Assembly (NCBI GenBank): GCA_963827755.1
Contig: CAWHCQ010000017.1
Location: 1 to 64,000 of the forward strand
DNA length: 64,000 bases
Direction of reading: 5' to 3'
Origin: an uncultured Gammaproteobacteria bacterium
Lineage (GTDB): Bacteria; Pseudomonadota; Gammaproteobacteria; UBA9214
The position numbers and the translations under genes were made by a program. Position 1 is the first letter of the stretch; every line of letters begins with the position of its first letter. The notes below the pieces were generated by a model that saw nothing but the letters and a program-made list of their open reading frames with translations, did no database searches and had not been told where the DNA came from. Below are positions 23,243-34,190 of the stretch, piece by piece.

Positions 23243-24360
23243 ATGACTATCAGAGCCAGTCACGGTTACCTGCCTGCAGGGCGCTATATCGTCAATCACG
23301 ACATCATGCATTGCACCGCGGAAGGTGTTGCACGGCAACGATCTTTATTCAGGCCGTGCACTCGGGCTTACCGAGCCGGATGACTACATCCAGCTGCACC
23401 CGGCACTCAGGTTTTTGTGGAATGACATCACGAGTCATTACCGGCGCATTGGCCTGAGCTACAGCGAGAATGTGATCTGGGACCTCGAGCCGGGAACAAC
23501 TGTCTGCATACCAGGGTTACAGGCCATCCGTGTTTTATTTCGGGCCGGAGGAAGCAAAGTCCTGGAACGATCCACAATGGCTGGATGCCGTCGAATACAT
23601 CAATTCGAAAAACAATTTCATGGCGCTTGCGCAACATCTGGGGATAGATGTGCCGCAGACACAGTGTTTTGACAGTGTCGGCGATATCAGCGAGATGGAT
23701 ATCATTTCGTTCAATATGCCCTGTTACCTGAAGGCGGCGATATCGGTATCCGGCGTCGGCATCTATCGCTGCGCCAATCGTGAAGAACTGCGCGATGCGA
23801 TGAAAAAATTTAAAAACGATGTACCTGTGCAGATGCAGGAAGAAATCAAAACGGACGTATTCCTGAACATGCAATATCGCGTCATTGACGACCGGCTGGT
23901 ACGCCTGGCCGCGAGCGAGCAAATTCTCAAGGGATGCGCCCACCAGGGCAACCGTTTTCCGTCCAGCCATGCGCCATGGGATGCCATCGAACCGATGGCA
24001 CTCTGGCTCAAGGAGCGTGGCATGAAAGGGATCTTTGCCTTTGACCTGGCGGTCGTTGAAACGCCTGATGGCATTCGCTTTCCTGCAATTGAATGCAATC
24101 CGCGCTTCAACGGTGCATCCTACCCGACCGTCATCGCGCAGAAACTGGATATTCCTGAATGGAGTGCGAAGACGTTCACGACCCGGCACCGGAAGCTTTC
24201 CGATCTGGATATCAGGGACCTCGAGTTCGATATGAAAACCGGTGAGGGGGTCGTCATCGTCAACTGGGGAACTGTACTGAAAGGCAAGCTTGTCCTGTTG
24301 CTGGCCGGGTCACCCGAATACCGGGAAGTGCTTGAAAGCGAATTGCTGGGGCGATTATAG
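23243..24360 (+). CDS. ATP-grasp domain protein with pre-ATP-grasp-like N-terminus (putative peptide/amide ligase); frameshifted
   Basis: ORFs 23325-23672 + 23530-24360; INSKNNF, IDVPQT, PCYLKAAISVSGVGIY, QMQEEI, GIFAFD, IECNPRFNGASY. Confidence 0.8.
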
Positions 24361-24435
24361 GAGTCATGTTTTTCAGGAATTTCTTCTGATCGTATGTGAC
24401 AATAGGCCGGTGATGGAAGATTCTCTGGTCAAACA

Positions 24436-25377
24436 ATGAGCAACACCGGCAGCTATTCCCTGATGGTTCATGGTGGAGCGGGTGCGCTCGATAACGTCAA
24501 GGACGATAAAACCGCATTTCGATATCTTGATAGTATTCGCAGAACCCTCGAGCATGGCCGTGACGTAATGAAATTGGGTGGCTCTGCGCTGCAGGCGGTG
24601 GAAGCCTGTGCGTCACTGCTGGAAGATGACCCTGTTTTTAATGCCGGTTGCGGTTCGGTGCTGAATGAAAACGGCAAGGTCGAGATGGACGCGGCGATCA
24701 TGGATGGCCGTGACCTGGCCGCCGGTGCAGTAGCCGCCATCGATAATATTGCCAATCCTGTGCAGCTTGCGCGTCTGGTCATGACGATGAGCGAGCACGT
24801 CATGCTCATTTCAGAGGGTGCGATGCGTTTTGCCGACCATTGCGGCATGGAACGCGTGCCTGAAGACTATTTCTACACGCCCGATCGCGTGGAACAGCTT
24901 CGCCAGGCACGGCTGAAACACAAGATCATGCTCGACCATGATGATACCGAGGAAGATACCGAAGACCAGAAATACGGGACGATTGGCGCCATCGCCATTG
25001 ACATGGAAGGTAACCTGGCCGCCGCAACATCAACCGGCGGTATCGTCAACAAGCGTATGGGCCGCGTGGGAGATTCTCCTGTCATCGGTGCGGGCGTCTA
25101 TGCCGACAACGAGACCTGTGCCGTTTCCGCTACCGGTTTCGGCGAGGACTTCATGCGTTCCGTTATTTCAAAAACCATCTCGGATTTCATCTACATGAAA
25201 GGCATGGATGCAGAAAAGGCAACGCAAGCCGGCATCGAATACCTGGTGCGCAAGGTAAGAGGGCGCGGCGGTGTCATCGTTATCGATAAGGACGGTAATT
25301 GTTCAAGCGGTTTTACAACGAAGAAAATGATTCACGGCTGGATTGAAAAAGGCGGAGAGACCATCTGTCGCTTCTAG
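24436..25377 (+). CDS. iaaA: Isoaspartyl peptidase / plant-type L-asparaginase (Ntn hydrolase)
   Basis: HGGAG, LEDDPVFNAGCGS, EMDAAIMDG, catalytic GTIGA, AATSTGG, GRVGDSPVIGAG. Confidence 0.93.
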   Translation: MSNTGSYSLMVHGGAGALDNVKDDKTAFRYLDSIRRTLEHGRDVMKLGGSALQAVEACASLLEDDPVFNAGCGSVLNENGKVEMDAAIMDGRDLAAGAVAAIDNIANPVQLARLVMTMSEHVMLISEGAMRFADHCGMERVPEDYFYTPDRVEQLRQARLKHKIMLDHDDTEEDTEDQKYGTIGAIAIDMEGNLAAATSTGGIVNKRMGRVGDSPVIGAGVYADNETCAVSATGFGEDFMRSVISKTISDFIYMKGMDAEKATQAGIEYLVRKVRGRGGVIVIDKDGNCSSGFTTKKMIHGWIEKGGETICRF

Positions 25378-25443
25378 GTGTGGCACATCCTGAAGCGCTG
25401 TATGCAAGGCGCTCCTGCGGATGTGACTGCTGTTAATTAATTG

Positions 25444-26677
25444 CTAGAAATACCACGCCAGTTCAGTGCGCAGCCGGGTGTCGTCCGCAAAGCTGGCCTG
25501 TGTCGTATTGGCGGGCGCACCGCTGACGCCGCGTGCCTCGAGGGACAGCTTCCAGCTGTCACCGTAGCGCCGGCTGGCTTCGATGTTGTAGCTTTCGCCG
25601 CCGCCGTCGAGGTCGATGATGACGCTGGCCAGCAGTTCCGAGCTCATGGCGTCGTTGAGCGTCAGGCGCGCGCCGAGTACCAGGTCTTTTTGAAAGGCAG
25701 ACAGGGAGAAGGGCCGGCCGGATAATACCGTCGCCGGTTTTATCGTGTCGCCGCGGCTGTCATATAAATATTCGGTGATGATGTCGACATCGAGCGCCGT
25801 GTCGCCGACACCGACGAAGGTGTATTCAAAACCGGCGGCCGCGGAATTGATCCGCTCGCCCTGGCCGCTGCGCGTCAGTGCTTCCATCTTCAGCAACCAG
25901 CTGCCGTAGATCGCCTGCAGGTCGATGCTGGTCTGGTTGATGATTTCGTACAGGGGCGTGACCTCGCGGATGGCAAGGGTCAGCGGGTTGATGGCGTCGG
26001 GCCGGACCAGGAAGCGCGGTTCGCGGCTGGTGCCATAGAAGTGCGCCAGGCCGATATCGAATTCACCGAGGGTATGTGACCAGCGGGCGGCCAGGTCGGT
26101 ATGCAGGTCGCCGGCGCCGGATTCATAGACGACGTCATTGTCGACCGGGATCGAGAATCTCGGCCGGCCGTCTTTCGAGGGGAAGGTGCGCTCGCGGAAT
26201 CCCGGCAGGACAAACAGGTCGACCACGCCCCAGTCACGAATCAGCGACAGGTTCATCATCGGCTGTCCCAGCTTGTCCTCGCCGTCGATGTTCACGACCA
26301 GGTCGGTCTGGTTGATGATGTCGACCAGGTGCGCGGCTTCCATCACGCCCCAGTACACCTTGCTTATGCCGGTGATGAGTTCCCAGTCCTGTGCCGCGTG
26401 CATCCATGAAAGTTCGCGGATATCGGCATGGCTGCGGTTGCTGTCGTGCTGGTCGAGCAGGGCGTAGGGGGTGAAGGTGAAAAGGTCATCCCCGTCGTTC
26501 CACTCGTGAATATATTCCGGCTCCGCACTGATGGAGAGATAGCTTCTGTGCTGGGATGAAAAGGCCGGTTCTTCGACAAAGCCGAGAAACTCTCCGGCAA
26601 CATAGCCGCTCCACTCGCCGGCCTGGGCCGTGAAGTGCGCCGAGCAGCAGGAGAGCCGGGGCGGTGGCAAAGCGCAT
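25444..26677 (-). CDS. Outer-membrane beta-barrel protein of the type found with LolA-like sorting proteins; frameshift in signal peptide
   Basis: ADIRELSW, VYWGV...HLVDIINQTD, EDKLGQPM, LPGFRERTFP, terminal LAWYF. Confidence 0.7.
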
Positions 26678-26688
26678 GCTTCAGGCTC

Positions 26689-27466
26689 CTAGCGGGCGCG
26701 TTTCAGTGAGTTCTTGTCGAAGTCACGGTCTGTCAGCCCGGTCCGGTATTGGAAGTTGGATTGCAGCAGGCGTGGTGCTCTTGCCGGTCTGGTGGTTTTC
26801 CATGTGCATGTCATGGGCACGCCAGAACCTGTCGAGGTACTGGTGATAATCGGTCAGCAGCAGGGTCTTCAGCAGGGAGTTCTTGCGGTCATAGAATTCG
26901 ATTTTGCGTTCCTTGTAGTGTTCCTTGTCCAGCCAGACGATCTGGCGCGTATAACCGGACTTTTTATCAACCGGGTAGCGTTCGAATACAAATACATCCA
27001 TGCCGTCAAGCGTTTCATCGCGCAGGAACTTGTAGGTGTACTTCTCGACTTCCTGCGAGGCAATGTCCTCGTAGGCGAACTCGCTGCCCATGAAGGGCCC
27101 CGACTTGTTGTCCGAGGCAATCCGCTTGGTGCGCTTTAACGCGGGCAGGTAGAGCCACTGGTCATCCGGGCCTTCCTTGTGGGTGAACGTCAGCAGTGCG
27201 GTGCCGCTGACATCCCTGGGCTTGTCGAAAATAGTCATGCTCTTGTCGCCGTCACCGTCCACCTCGAGGGTTTTGGAGCGTATTTCGCGGATGCTTTCCT
27301 GTCCCTGCTTGTTTCTCAGGATCATTTTTACATCGGAGGTGTAATCACCAAAACCGGTGTCGCGTTTGTCGGCCTCCTGCGCGATGGCGAGGCCCTGCTC
27401 CTCGGGGGTTTGTGCCAGCAGGCTCAAGGGCAGCAGGCATAGCAGCAGCGCCGGTAATATTCTCAT
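26689..27466 (-). CDS. Outer membrane lipoprotein-sorting (LolA-like) protein; frameshift near 26770
   Basis: Signal peptide, FDKPRDVSGTALL, DDQWLYLPALKRTKRI, FMGSEFAYED, shifted C-terminus RDFDKNSLKRAR*. Confidence 0.85.
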
Positions 27467-27500
27467 TATCCTGATTCTCCATTTTCAAGGGTACAAACGA

Positions 27501-27527
27501 TAGACTCTGAAACCGGTAAAAAGGTCA
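27501..27527 (-). promoter_or_regulatory. Possible ECF-sigma promoter of the LolA-like gene
   Basis: Minus strand TGACCT-N16-GTCTA about 35 bp upstream of ATG 27466. Confidence 0.3.
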
Positions 27528-27657
27528 ATCGGGATTTTTTCAACCGGGGAATTATATATCAGCCGGCAGTAGCATTTATATGGCACCTGCGTGAAACAGG
27601 TGCCAGGAACCGGATCATCCTGTTCTTGACCTGGCCCGGGTGCGGGCTACAGGGCAT

Positions 27658-27687
27658 AAAAAAAGCCGGGCCAATCACCGGCCCGGC
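27658..27687 (-). terminator. Rho-independent terminator after the peroxidase
   Basis: GCCGGGCC/GGCCCGGC stem followed on the minus strand by T7. Confidence 0.75.
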
Positions 27688-27712
27688 AAGGGGGAGCCAT
27701 GAAGGGGTCGGA

Positions 27713-29484
27713 CTATCTGCGTGGCGGCCTGCGCCGTTCTGTACGTTCTCTGCGCGGTTCAGCTTGCACGTAGCGGAACACGTTATCGTGTAACTCGTCG
27801 CGTATACCGGTATTGAGACGAATGATGTCGGCCAGACGCAGGCCCTCGACCATTCTGCGTTCGTCATCATCCAGGCGAAGCTGGTACCAGAAACGGTCAC
27901 CATCACGCAGCGCAATGAACTGGTTTCTGACCACGCGCGCTATCAGTTCGCCGACCAGCGCACCCGGCACAGGGTCTTCCGACAGCCCGCCAACCCAGAC
28001 ATCCACATCATCGACATGTTGATAAACAGCGGCCAGTCGCTGCTGAATGTCGGGCTTGGAACTGATATCGGAAAAACGAGTTGCCCTTGCCAGCCCGAGG
28101 GCGCTACGCGTGTCATTGTAGGAAGGCAGGCCATGGTCGCGGCCACGCTGGATATTCAGCGACACCAGGTCGAAACCGCCCTGGCCGGGTTCGCCAAACA
28201 GGAAGTTGCGCACATCATCGATCACAAATGGATCGATGTTCTGGCAGACCTGGTTTGCGAGTCCGCGCAGCAGCGGTTCGATACCGCCTTCATCCACAAG
28301 CCGGTGCGGGGCAAAGAAGGCATCACGCAGCGCGAGGTTTCCTTCCGGGATTTCATTACCCTGTGCATCCAGTCGGTACAGGGTCGGGCTGAGTGCACTA
28401 TGGCCATAGCGGTATGGGCCGGTGGAAAAGAGGTTGGCGATCGATGCATCCACAGAAGGTTTATAGCCGGTGTAAGCGGGTATTGCGTCCGGCCCCAGCA
28501 GGGCCGGCAGGTATTCCCGGTAGGTAATGAGCTGCATCTCGGCGCCGACGAGGCGGCGCGCGCGCAGGTATATCCCGTCGCCGGAGAGCTCCGGGTTTGC
28601 ACGTGCAACCAGTCTGGCGAGTCGATTGTGCTCGCGCACAAACAGCGTATGCATCACGGTCAGGCCGAGCTGTTCATTGGCGCGTACATCACCGGCAACG
28701 AACAGGCTGTCGCTGTCGCCGCCGGCATTGACAAGCCTTGCGTATTGAAGGGTAATAAATTTCCCGCGCCGGTTTTCAGTCTCCCGGTGCCATCCAGCAT
28801 ACGCAAGGCCATGGCGCGCTCGGCATCCGACCCGTAGACATTGGATGCATCGATCCAGGCAGTGATTTCATTTACCTGTTGACGTGGATTGCCGGCATCG
28901 TTGCCTGTTTTTGCATCATAGAGCGAACGGTTAAATGACATCGTGACTGTGCCGGTACTGCCGGGGTCAAACCAGGCATCACCGGCCGGTATGGAGATAT
29001 CTGCCGGCTCGACGGGGTCAGCACCGTCGGTCAGATCGATGTCGTGGTCAACAAACTGTCCCCATTGCCAGAGAAAGTCGGTGTAGCCGGCCGTATTCGG
29101 GCGGGTCTCTGCCTGGGCACTGACTGCATTGCTGACCTCACGCGGCCCCGGCCTGTTATGACCGGCAAGCAATGATATTTCATCGGCATAATCCGGCGGC
29201 ACGATGCGTTCCAGCATGGATCCGGCTGCGCCCATGCGCGGATCCTGCAGGTTGTTATCACTGCCATCGAAGCTGCGGAAAGCGGGATCGAGCGCGCGAT
29301 TCTCGGGGCGAACAGGCGGTCGTTGAATACGTCGGATCGGTGATACGCCGGGAGTTTGCGTTCGTGCGTCCGCGTCCTGCAATAATTCAGCCGGTTGCCT
29401 TCTGTCCTCCGCGTTGATGAGCTGCGTGGATAAAGCGAGGCAAATTGCAATATTCAGTTTTGTAAAATAACCAGTATGGTTCAT
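27713..29484 (-). CDS. Secreted animal-type heme peroxidase (peroxidase-cyclooxygenase superfamily); frameshift near 28730
   Basis: WGQFVDHDIDLT (distal His), ITAWIDASNVYGS, GDVRANE, HTLFVREHNRL, YRYGHS (proximal His), NIQRGRDHGLPSYN, LRDGDRFWY; signal peptide from ATG 29484. Confidence 0.92.
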
Positions 29485-29564
29485 CGTTATCTCCTGCAGG
29501 TTGTGTCCGTCGGAAAGTGTCTGCAAAAATGCAACCAGCTCTGCGATATCGCCGGGGTTGAGAT

Positions 29565-29837
29565 TTATTCGTCCGACCCGGGGCCGGTATCACGTCGTTT
29601 CGAATGGCGCATGTGCTCCGGCACGCACACCATTTCGTCGCGGCGGTTCTCGCAGGTGCCGGTGACGGTGCCGCGGCGGCCTTCAAAGCTGCATTGCTCG
29701 CCGGTGCCCGCGCTTGCACAGGCCTCCAGTGCTTCGGGTGGTGGTCCACGACGTTCGGCGCAGGCCATCGCGGGTGAACTCAACAGGGCCAGTCCGGCCA
29801 GCAGAAACCCTGTACGGGTGATGAGACGTGTATTCAT
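29565..29837 (-). CDS. Small secreted Cys-rich protein
   Basis: Signal peptide then RGPPPEALEAC...EQCSF...GTC...MVCVP; AGGAG RBS. Confidence 0.8.
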   Translation of the reverse strand: MNTRLITRTGFLLAGLALLSSPAMACAERRGPPPEALEACASAGTGEQCSFEGRRGTVTGTCENRRDEMVCVPEHMRHSKRRDTGPGSDE

Positions 29838-29900
29838 GATGTTCTCCTTTGTGGTGAGTTGTTGATGGCTACAGGCTAGCGGGCAAAATGACAGCGGCGA

Positions 29901-29928
29901 TGGAGAAACTGTGGAGAAAGTGTGAAGA
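29901..29928. promoter_or_regulatory. OmpR/BaeR-type direct-repeat operator
   Basis: TGGAGAAA ctg TGGAGAAA gtg TGAAGA, 11-bp period; reverse TTTCTCCA resembles the BaeR box; lies between the divergent target and TCS genes. Confidence 0.6.
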
Positions 29929-29992
29929 TCCCCGTCAGACGGTCATAACCGCCTGACAGGGATGCCGGTATTGCGGTTACACTGGGCATGAC

Positions 29993-31547
29993 ATGAAGCT
30001 GCGCATCACCTCCAAACTGCTGCTGGCCATCCTGCTGACCAATGCCGTCATCATCACTGTGCTGGCGCTGTACCTGCGCGATACCTTCGAGCGCGGCTTC
30101 AGTGATTACCTCAACCAGGCCGAAGCCGTACAGCTGTCACCGCTGCTGCAGTCACTGGCGTCCTGGCACGAACGCGGCGGTGAATTCGAATCGTTACAGT
30201 CTGACATGCGTCAATGGCATGACCTGCTGCTGCAGTCACTGCCGGGTGTCTCGCGGGGTGGCCGGCCGATGAATTTCCCGGACAGGGAACCCGGCAGGTT
30301 TATGGGTGGGCCCGACACGCCGCCTGGTGGCTTCCGCCCGGGCCGGCATCATCCGCCGGGGCGTCCACCACCCGACGATCGTCCCGATGCTGCCATGCCG
30401 GGCCGCGATGGACCCGAGCACCGTCAACGGCGGCCGCCCGCCCTTGCTCACGGACCCGAGCGGGCTGGTATCACGGCTGCGCCTGCTGAGCGCAGACAGG
30501 CAATTGATCATCGGCTCCGATTACCCTGCGCAGAACCATATCTGGCTGCCGATTGATGCAGGCGGACAGGCCGTCGCCTGGCTGACGCTGGCGCCTTCAT
30601 TACTGCCCGTGGAAGGACTGGCCGCGCGGTTCAGGGCACAACAGGAACGTACGCTGATGATCATCGGCGTGCTGGCGATCCTGGTTTCCGTACTGGCGGC
30701 CTTTGTGCTGACGCGAAATCTGTTGCGCCCGATTCGGCGCCTGACAGAAGGCGCACACCAGCTTACGGCCGGGGCCTTTGCTACGCGTATCGATGTCACC
30801 TCGACCGACGAACTGGGTCAGCTGGCGGGGGACTTCAATACGCTTGCAGGTACGCTGGAGGCGAATGAAAAGGCACGCCGGCAATGGATTGCCGACATAT
30901 CCCATGAATTGCGCACGCCACTGGCCGTACTGCGCGGCGAGATCGAGGCACTCCAGGATGGCGTGCGCGACCCGGGGCCGCAACGGCTGCGCTCCCTGCA
31001 TGCGGAAGTACTGTCACTTGGCAAACTGGTCGATGATCTCTATGAACTGTCGCTCTCGGATATCGGGGCGCTCTCCTATCACAAGGAAGAAATAAACCTC
31101 GCCGGGATTATCCGGGATGTCGTCGATGGTTTTCAGCAACGTTTTTCCGAGAAGGGGATCGAGTTGCTGTTTGATGCCGGAAAGACCGCGTCTGCACGGG
31201 TTTTTGCAGACGCAGGCCGGCTGGAACAGCTGTTTAACAACTTGCTGGAGAACAGCCTGCGCTATACAGATGCCGGGGGTGAAACGCGCATCTTCATGGA
31301 GGTCCTGAAAAACAAGGTCTTCATCCACATCCAGGATTCATTGCCGGGAGTGCCCGTGGAGATGTTGCCGAAACTGTTCGAGCGCCTGTTTCGCGTTGAT
31401 GACTCACGCAGCCGGGTCAACGGGGGTGCGGGGCTGGGACTGTCGATTTGCAGGAATATTGTTGATGCCCATGATGGCCGTATCGAGGCCAGTACTTCAC
31501 CTGCGGGCGGCCTGTGGGTGAGTATTCAGCTGCCACTGGTGAACTAG
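29993..31547 (+). CDS. baeS: BaeS-like sensor histidine kinase; frameshift in the Pro/Arg-rich periplasmic part
   Basis: TM, HAMP (DELGQLAGDFN), ADISHELRTPL, QLFNNLLENSLRYT, LFERLFRVDDSRSR, GAGLGLSI. Confidence 0.85.
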
Positions 31548-32234
31548 ATGCCAATAGAAGAAAGCGAACTGATCCTGATCGTAGAGGATGAACCCAAGCT
31601 GGCAGAGGTATTGCAGGATTACCTGCAGCAGGCGGGTTACCGTACAGATACCCTTATGGAAGGCACTTCTGTCATCGAGTGGATCAGGCATAACAATCCC
31701 GACCTTGTGCTGCTGGACCTGATGCTGCCCGGCCGAAACGGCATGGACATTTGCCGGGATTTGCGCAGCTTTTCCACTGTACCTGTCATCATGATGACTG
31801 CACGGGTGGAAGAGATCGATCGCCTGCTGGGGCTTGAAATGGGTGCGGATGACTACGTATGCAAGCCCTATAGCCCCCGGGAGGTTGTTGCCCGGGTAAA
31901 GGCTGTATTGCGACGTGTGCAGGTAAACACTGAAACCGCAGCCGATACCTTCGGCGTGACACTCAACCCGGAGGCGTTCACGGCCAGCTATAACGGCACA
32001 CCCATTGAACTGACCCCGGTCGAGTTTCGCCTGCTTGAAGTGTTGATGTCGCAGCCGGGTCGCGTCTATTCACGCGCCAGCCTGATGGATGCCATCTATA
32101 CCGATAACCGGGTCGTCACCGACCGGACCGTTGACAGTCATGTCAAGAACCTGCGCCGCAAACTCCAGGCGGTGATGCCGGCGGAAGAAATTATTCGTTC
32201 GATCTACGGGGTGGGCTACAAGCTGGAGCTGTAG
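31548..32234 (+). CDS. baeR: BaeR-like OmpR-family response regulator
   Basis: ILIVEDE, LLDLMLPG, GADDYVCKPYSPREVVARV, DRTVDSHVKNLRRKL, IRSIYGVGY. Confidence 0.9.
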   Translation: MPIEESELILIVEDEPKLAEVLQDYLQQAGYRTDTLMEGTSVIEWIRHNNPDLVLLDLMLPGRNGMDICRDLRSFSTVPVIMMTARVEEIDRLLGLEMGADDYVCKPYSPREVVARVKAVLRRVQVNTETAADTFGVTLNPEAFTASYNGTPIELTPVEFRLLEVLMSQPGRVYSRASLMDAIYTDNRVVTDRTVDSHVKNLRRKLQAVMPAEEIIRSIYGVGYKLEL

Positions 32235-32300
32235 GTTTTGCAGCGGTGCAGGATGCCTGAAATACACCCCGAGACTTATTTATGTTGAACCGGAGGCGCT

Positions 32301-33800
32301 CTACAGGATGCGATCCAGTTTGCGGTAGTTGATGGCTTCGGCCAGGTGTTGTGTGTAGATGTCACCCGATGCATTCATGTCTGCAATGGTGCGCGCCAGT
32401 TTAAGGATGCGGTGATAGGCGCGGGCAGACAGTTGCAGTTTTTCGATGGCCCGTTGCAGCAGCGAGCGGTCCGGGCTTTGCAATGTACATATGTCATCGA
32501 TTTGCCGATGCGACAGCTGGCTGTTGAGGGTGTCGTTGCGCTGCAGTTGCAGGCTGCGCGCCCCGGTTACGCGTTCACGCACCACGGCGCTTGTTTCACC
32601 TTCTGGCCCCTGCATCTCGACAAACGACAGGCGTGGCACCTCGACATGCATGTCGATACGGTCGAGCAGCGGGCCGGACACCCTGTTCCGGTAACGTATC
32701 ACCTGCTCGCTGGTGCAATGGCAGCGCCCGGACTTGTCGCCGAGGTAGCCGCAGGGGCAGGGGTTCATGGCGGCAATCAGTTGAAACCGTGCCGGGAATT
32801 CGGTCTGCCGCCTGGCGCGCGAAATCATGATGCGCCCGGACTCCAGCGGCTCGCGCAACACCTCCAGTACCTGCCGGTTGAATTCCGGTAGTTCGTCGAG
32901 AAACAGCACGCCGTGATGGGCCAGCGAAATCTCCCCCGGTTGCGGGTTGGAGCCGCCACCTACCAGCGCGGCGGCGGAAGCGCTGTGATGCGGTGCGCGA
33001 AAGGCGCGTCGTTTCCAGGTGCGGCAGTCAACGGACTGGCGGCTGATCGATGCGATCGTTGCGGCCTGCAGTGCTTCCGTCTCAGTCATCTCCGGCAGGA
33101 TACCGGGCAGGCGGCTGGCAAGCAGGGACTTGCCGGTACCCGGCGGCCCCGACATCAGCAGGCTGTGTCCGCCGGCGGCGGCAATTTCCAGGGCGCGCCG
33201 CGCCTGATGCTGGCCGCGCACATCGGCCAGGTCGGGCAAGTCGGCAGCACCGGCCGCAACAAGGGCTGCCGGTGTGTAATCGATCAGTGCCGTTTTATTC
33301 AGGTGCCGGGTGAGTTCGAGCAGGTGGTGTGCAGGCACCAGGCTGGCGCCCTTGACAAGACCGGCCTCGGCGGCATTTTCCAGCGGCAGGACTAGTACAC
33401 GCTGCGCCTTTTTTGTGTGCAGGGCCATCGGCAAGATCCCCTGCACCGCGCGCAGGTGGGCGGACAGGGCGAGTTCCCCGGCAAATTCGTACTGCGGCAG
33501 GTCGTTGCCGGGGATCTGGGCGGAGGCAGCGAGAATACCGATGGCAATCGGCAGGTCATAGCGGCCGCCTTCCTTGGGCAGGTCCGCCGGTGCCAGGTTG
33601 ATCGTGATGCGGCGCGCCGGGAAATCGAAATGCGAATTGAGAATGGCGCCGCGTACCCGGTCCTTGCTTTCCTTGACGGCGGTTTCAGCCAGTCCAACGA
33701 TCGACAGTCTCGGCAGGCCGTTGGACAAATGCACCTCGACGGTGACCAGCGGGGCATCCATCCCGACTTGCGCGCGGCTGTAGACAATCGCGAGTGACAT
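32301..33800 (-). CDS. comM: YifB/ComM Mg-chelatase-like AAA ATPase
   Basis: VTVEVHLSNGLP, ITINLAPADLPKEG, GPPGTGKS, FRAPHHSAS, LFLDELPEF, AAMNPCPCG. Confidence 0.95.
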   Translation of the reverse strand: MSLAIVYSRAQVGMDAPLVTVEVHLSNGLPRLSIVGLAETAVKESKDRVRGAILNSHFDFPARRITINLAPADLPKEGGRYDLPIAIGILAASAQIPGNDLPQYEFAGELALSAHLRAVQGILPMALHTKKAQRVLVLPLENAAEAGLVKGASLVPAHHLLELTRHLNKTALIDYTPAALVAAGAADLPDLADVRGQHQARRALEIAAAGGHSLLMSGPPGTGKSLLASRLPGILPEMTETEALQAATIASISRQSVDCRTWKRRAFRAPHHSASAAALVGGGSNPQPGEISLAHHGVLFLDELPEFNRQVLEVLREPLESGRIMISRARRQTEFPARFQLIAAMNPCPCGYLGDKSGRCHCTSEQVIRYRNRVSGPLLDRIDMHVEVPRLSFVEMQGPEGETSAVVRERVTGARSLQLQRNDTLNSQLSHRQIDDICTLQSPDRSLLQRAIEKLQLSARAYHRILKLARTIADMNASGDIYTQHLAEAINYRKLDRIL

Positions 33801-33907
33801 TTCCTGTCCCGGGGTGTGAAAAACGCAGCATAGGAGAATGTGTCTTCCTCAAGCAGGTCCCGTGACCGACAAGGCCTGTCGGACGATGCTGAAAAAGCGG
33901 TGGTTAG

Positions 33908-34171
33908 TCGCGGATTAGATCCGCTCCTACGCAGGGGTGGGTTGTTCATCGCGGATTAGATCCGCTCCTACAGCGCGAATGGTTTTTATGCGGGTGTTGA
34001 TCGCGGATTAGATCCGCTCCTCAGCGCGAATGGTTTTATGCGGGTGATTGATCGCGGATTAGATCCGCTCCTACAGCGCGAATGGGATCATGCGCGAATG
34101 GTTAGTTATCGCGGATTAGATCCGCTCCTACAGGTGGATGTGTCATTGTAGGAGCGCTTCTCAAGCGCGAT
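33908..34171. repeat. Tandem GTAG-REP array upstream of RAYT (5 direct copies plus 1 inverted variant)
   Basis: (A)TCGCGGATTAGATCCGCTCCTAC at 33908, 33948, 34000, 34051, 34108; inverted variant TGTAGGAGCGCTTCTCAAGCGCGAT 34147-34171. Confidence 0.92.
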
Positions 34172-34190
34172 TCGTGATATTCCTGTTTGC

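Noticed and set aside
33908-34132. CRISPR-like array of ~24-bp direct repeats
   Set aside because: Spacers are unequal and related to each other, repeat is a GTAG REP also found inverted and dispersed, adjacent gene is RAYT, no cas genes
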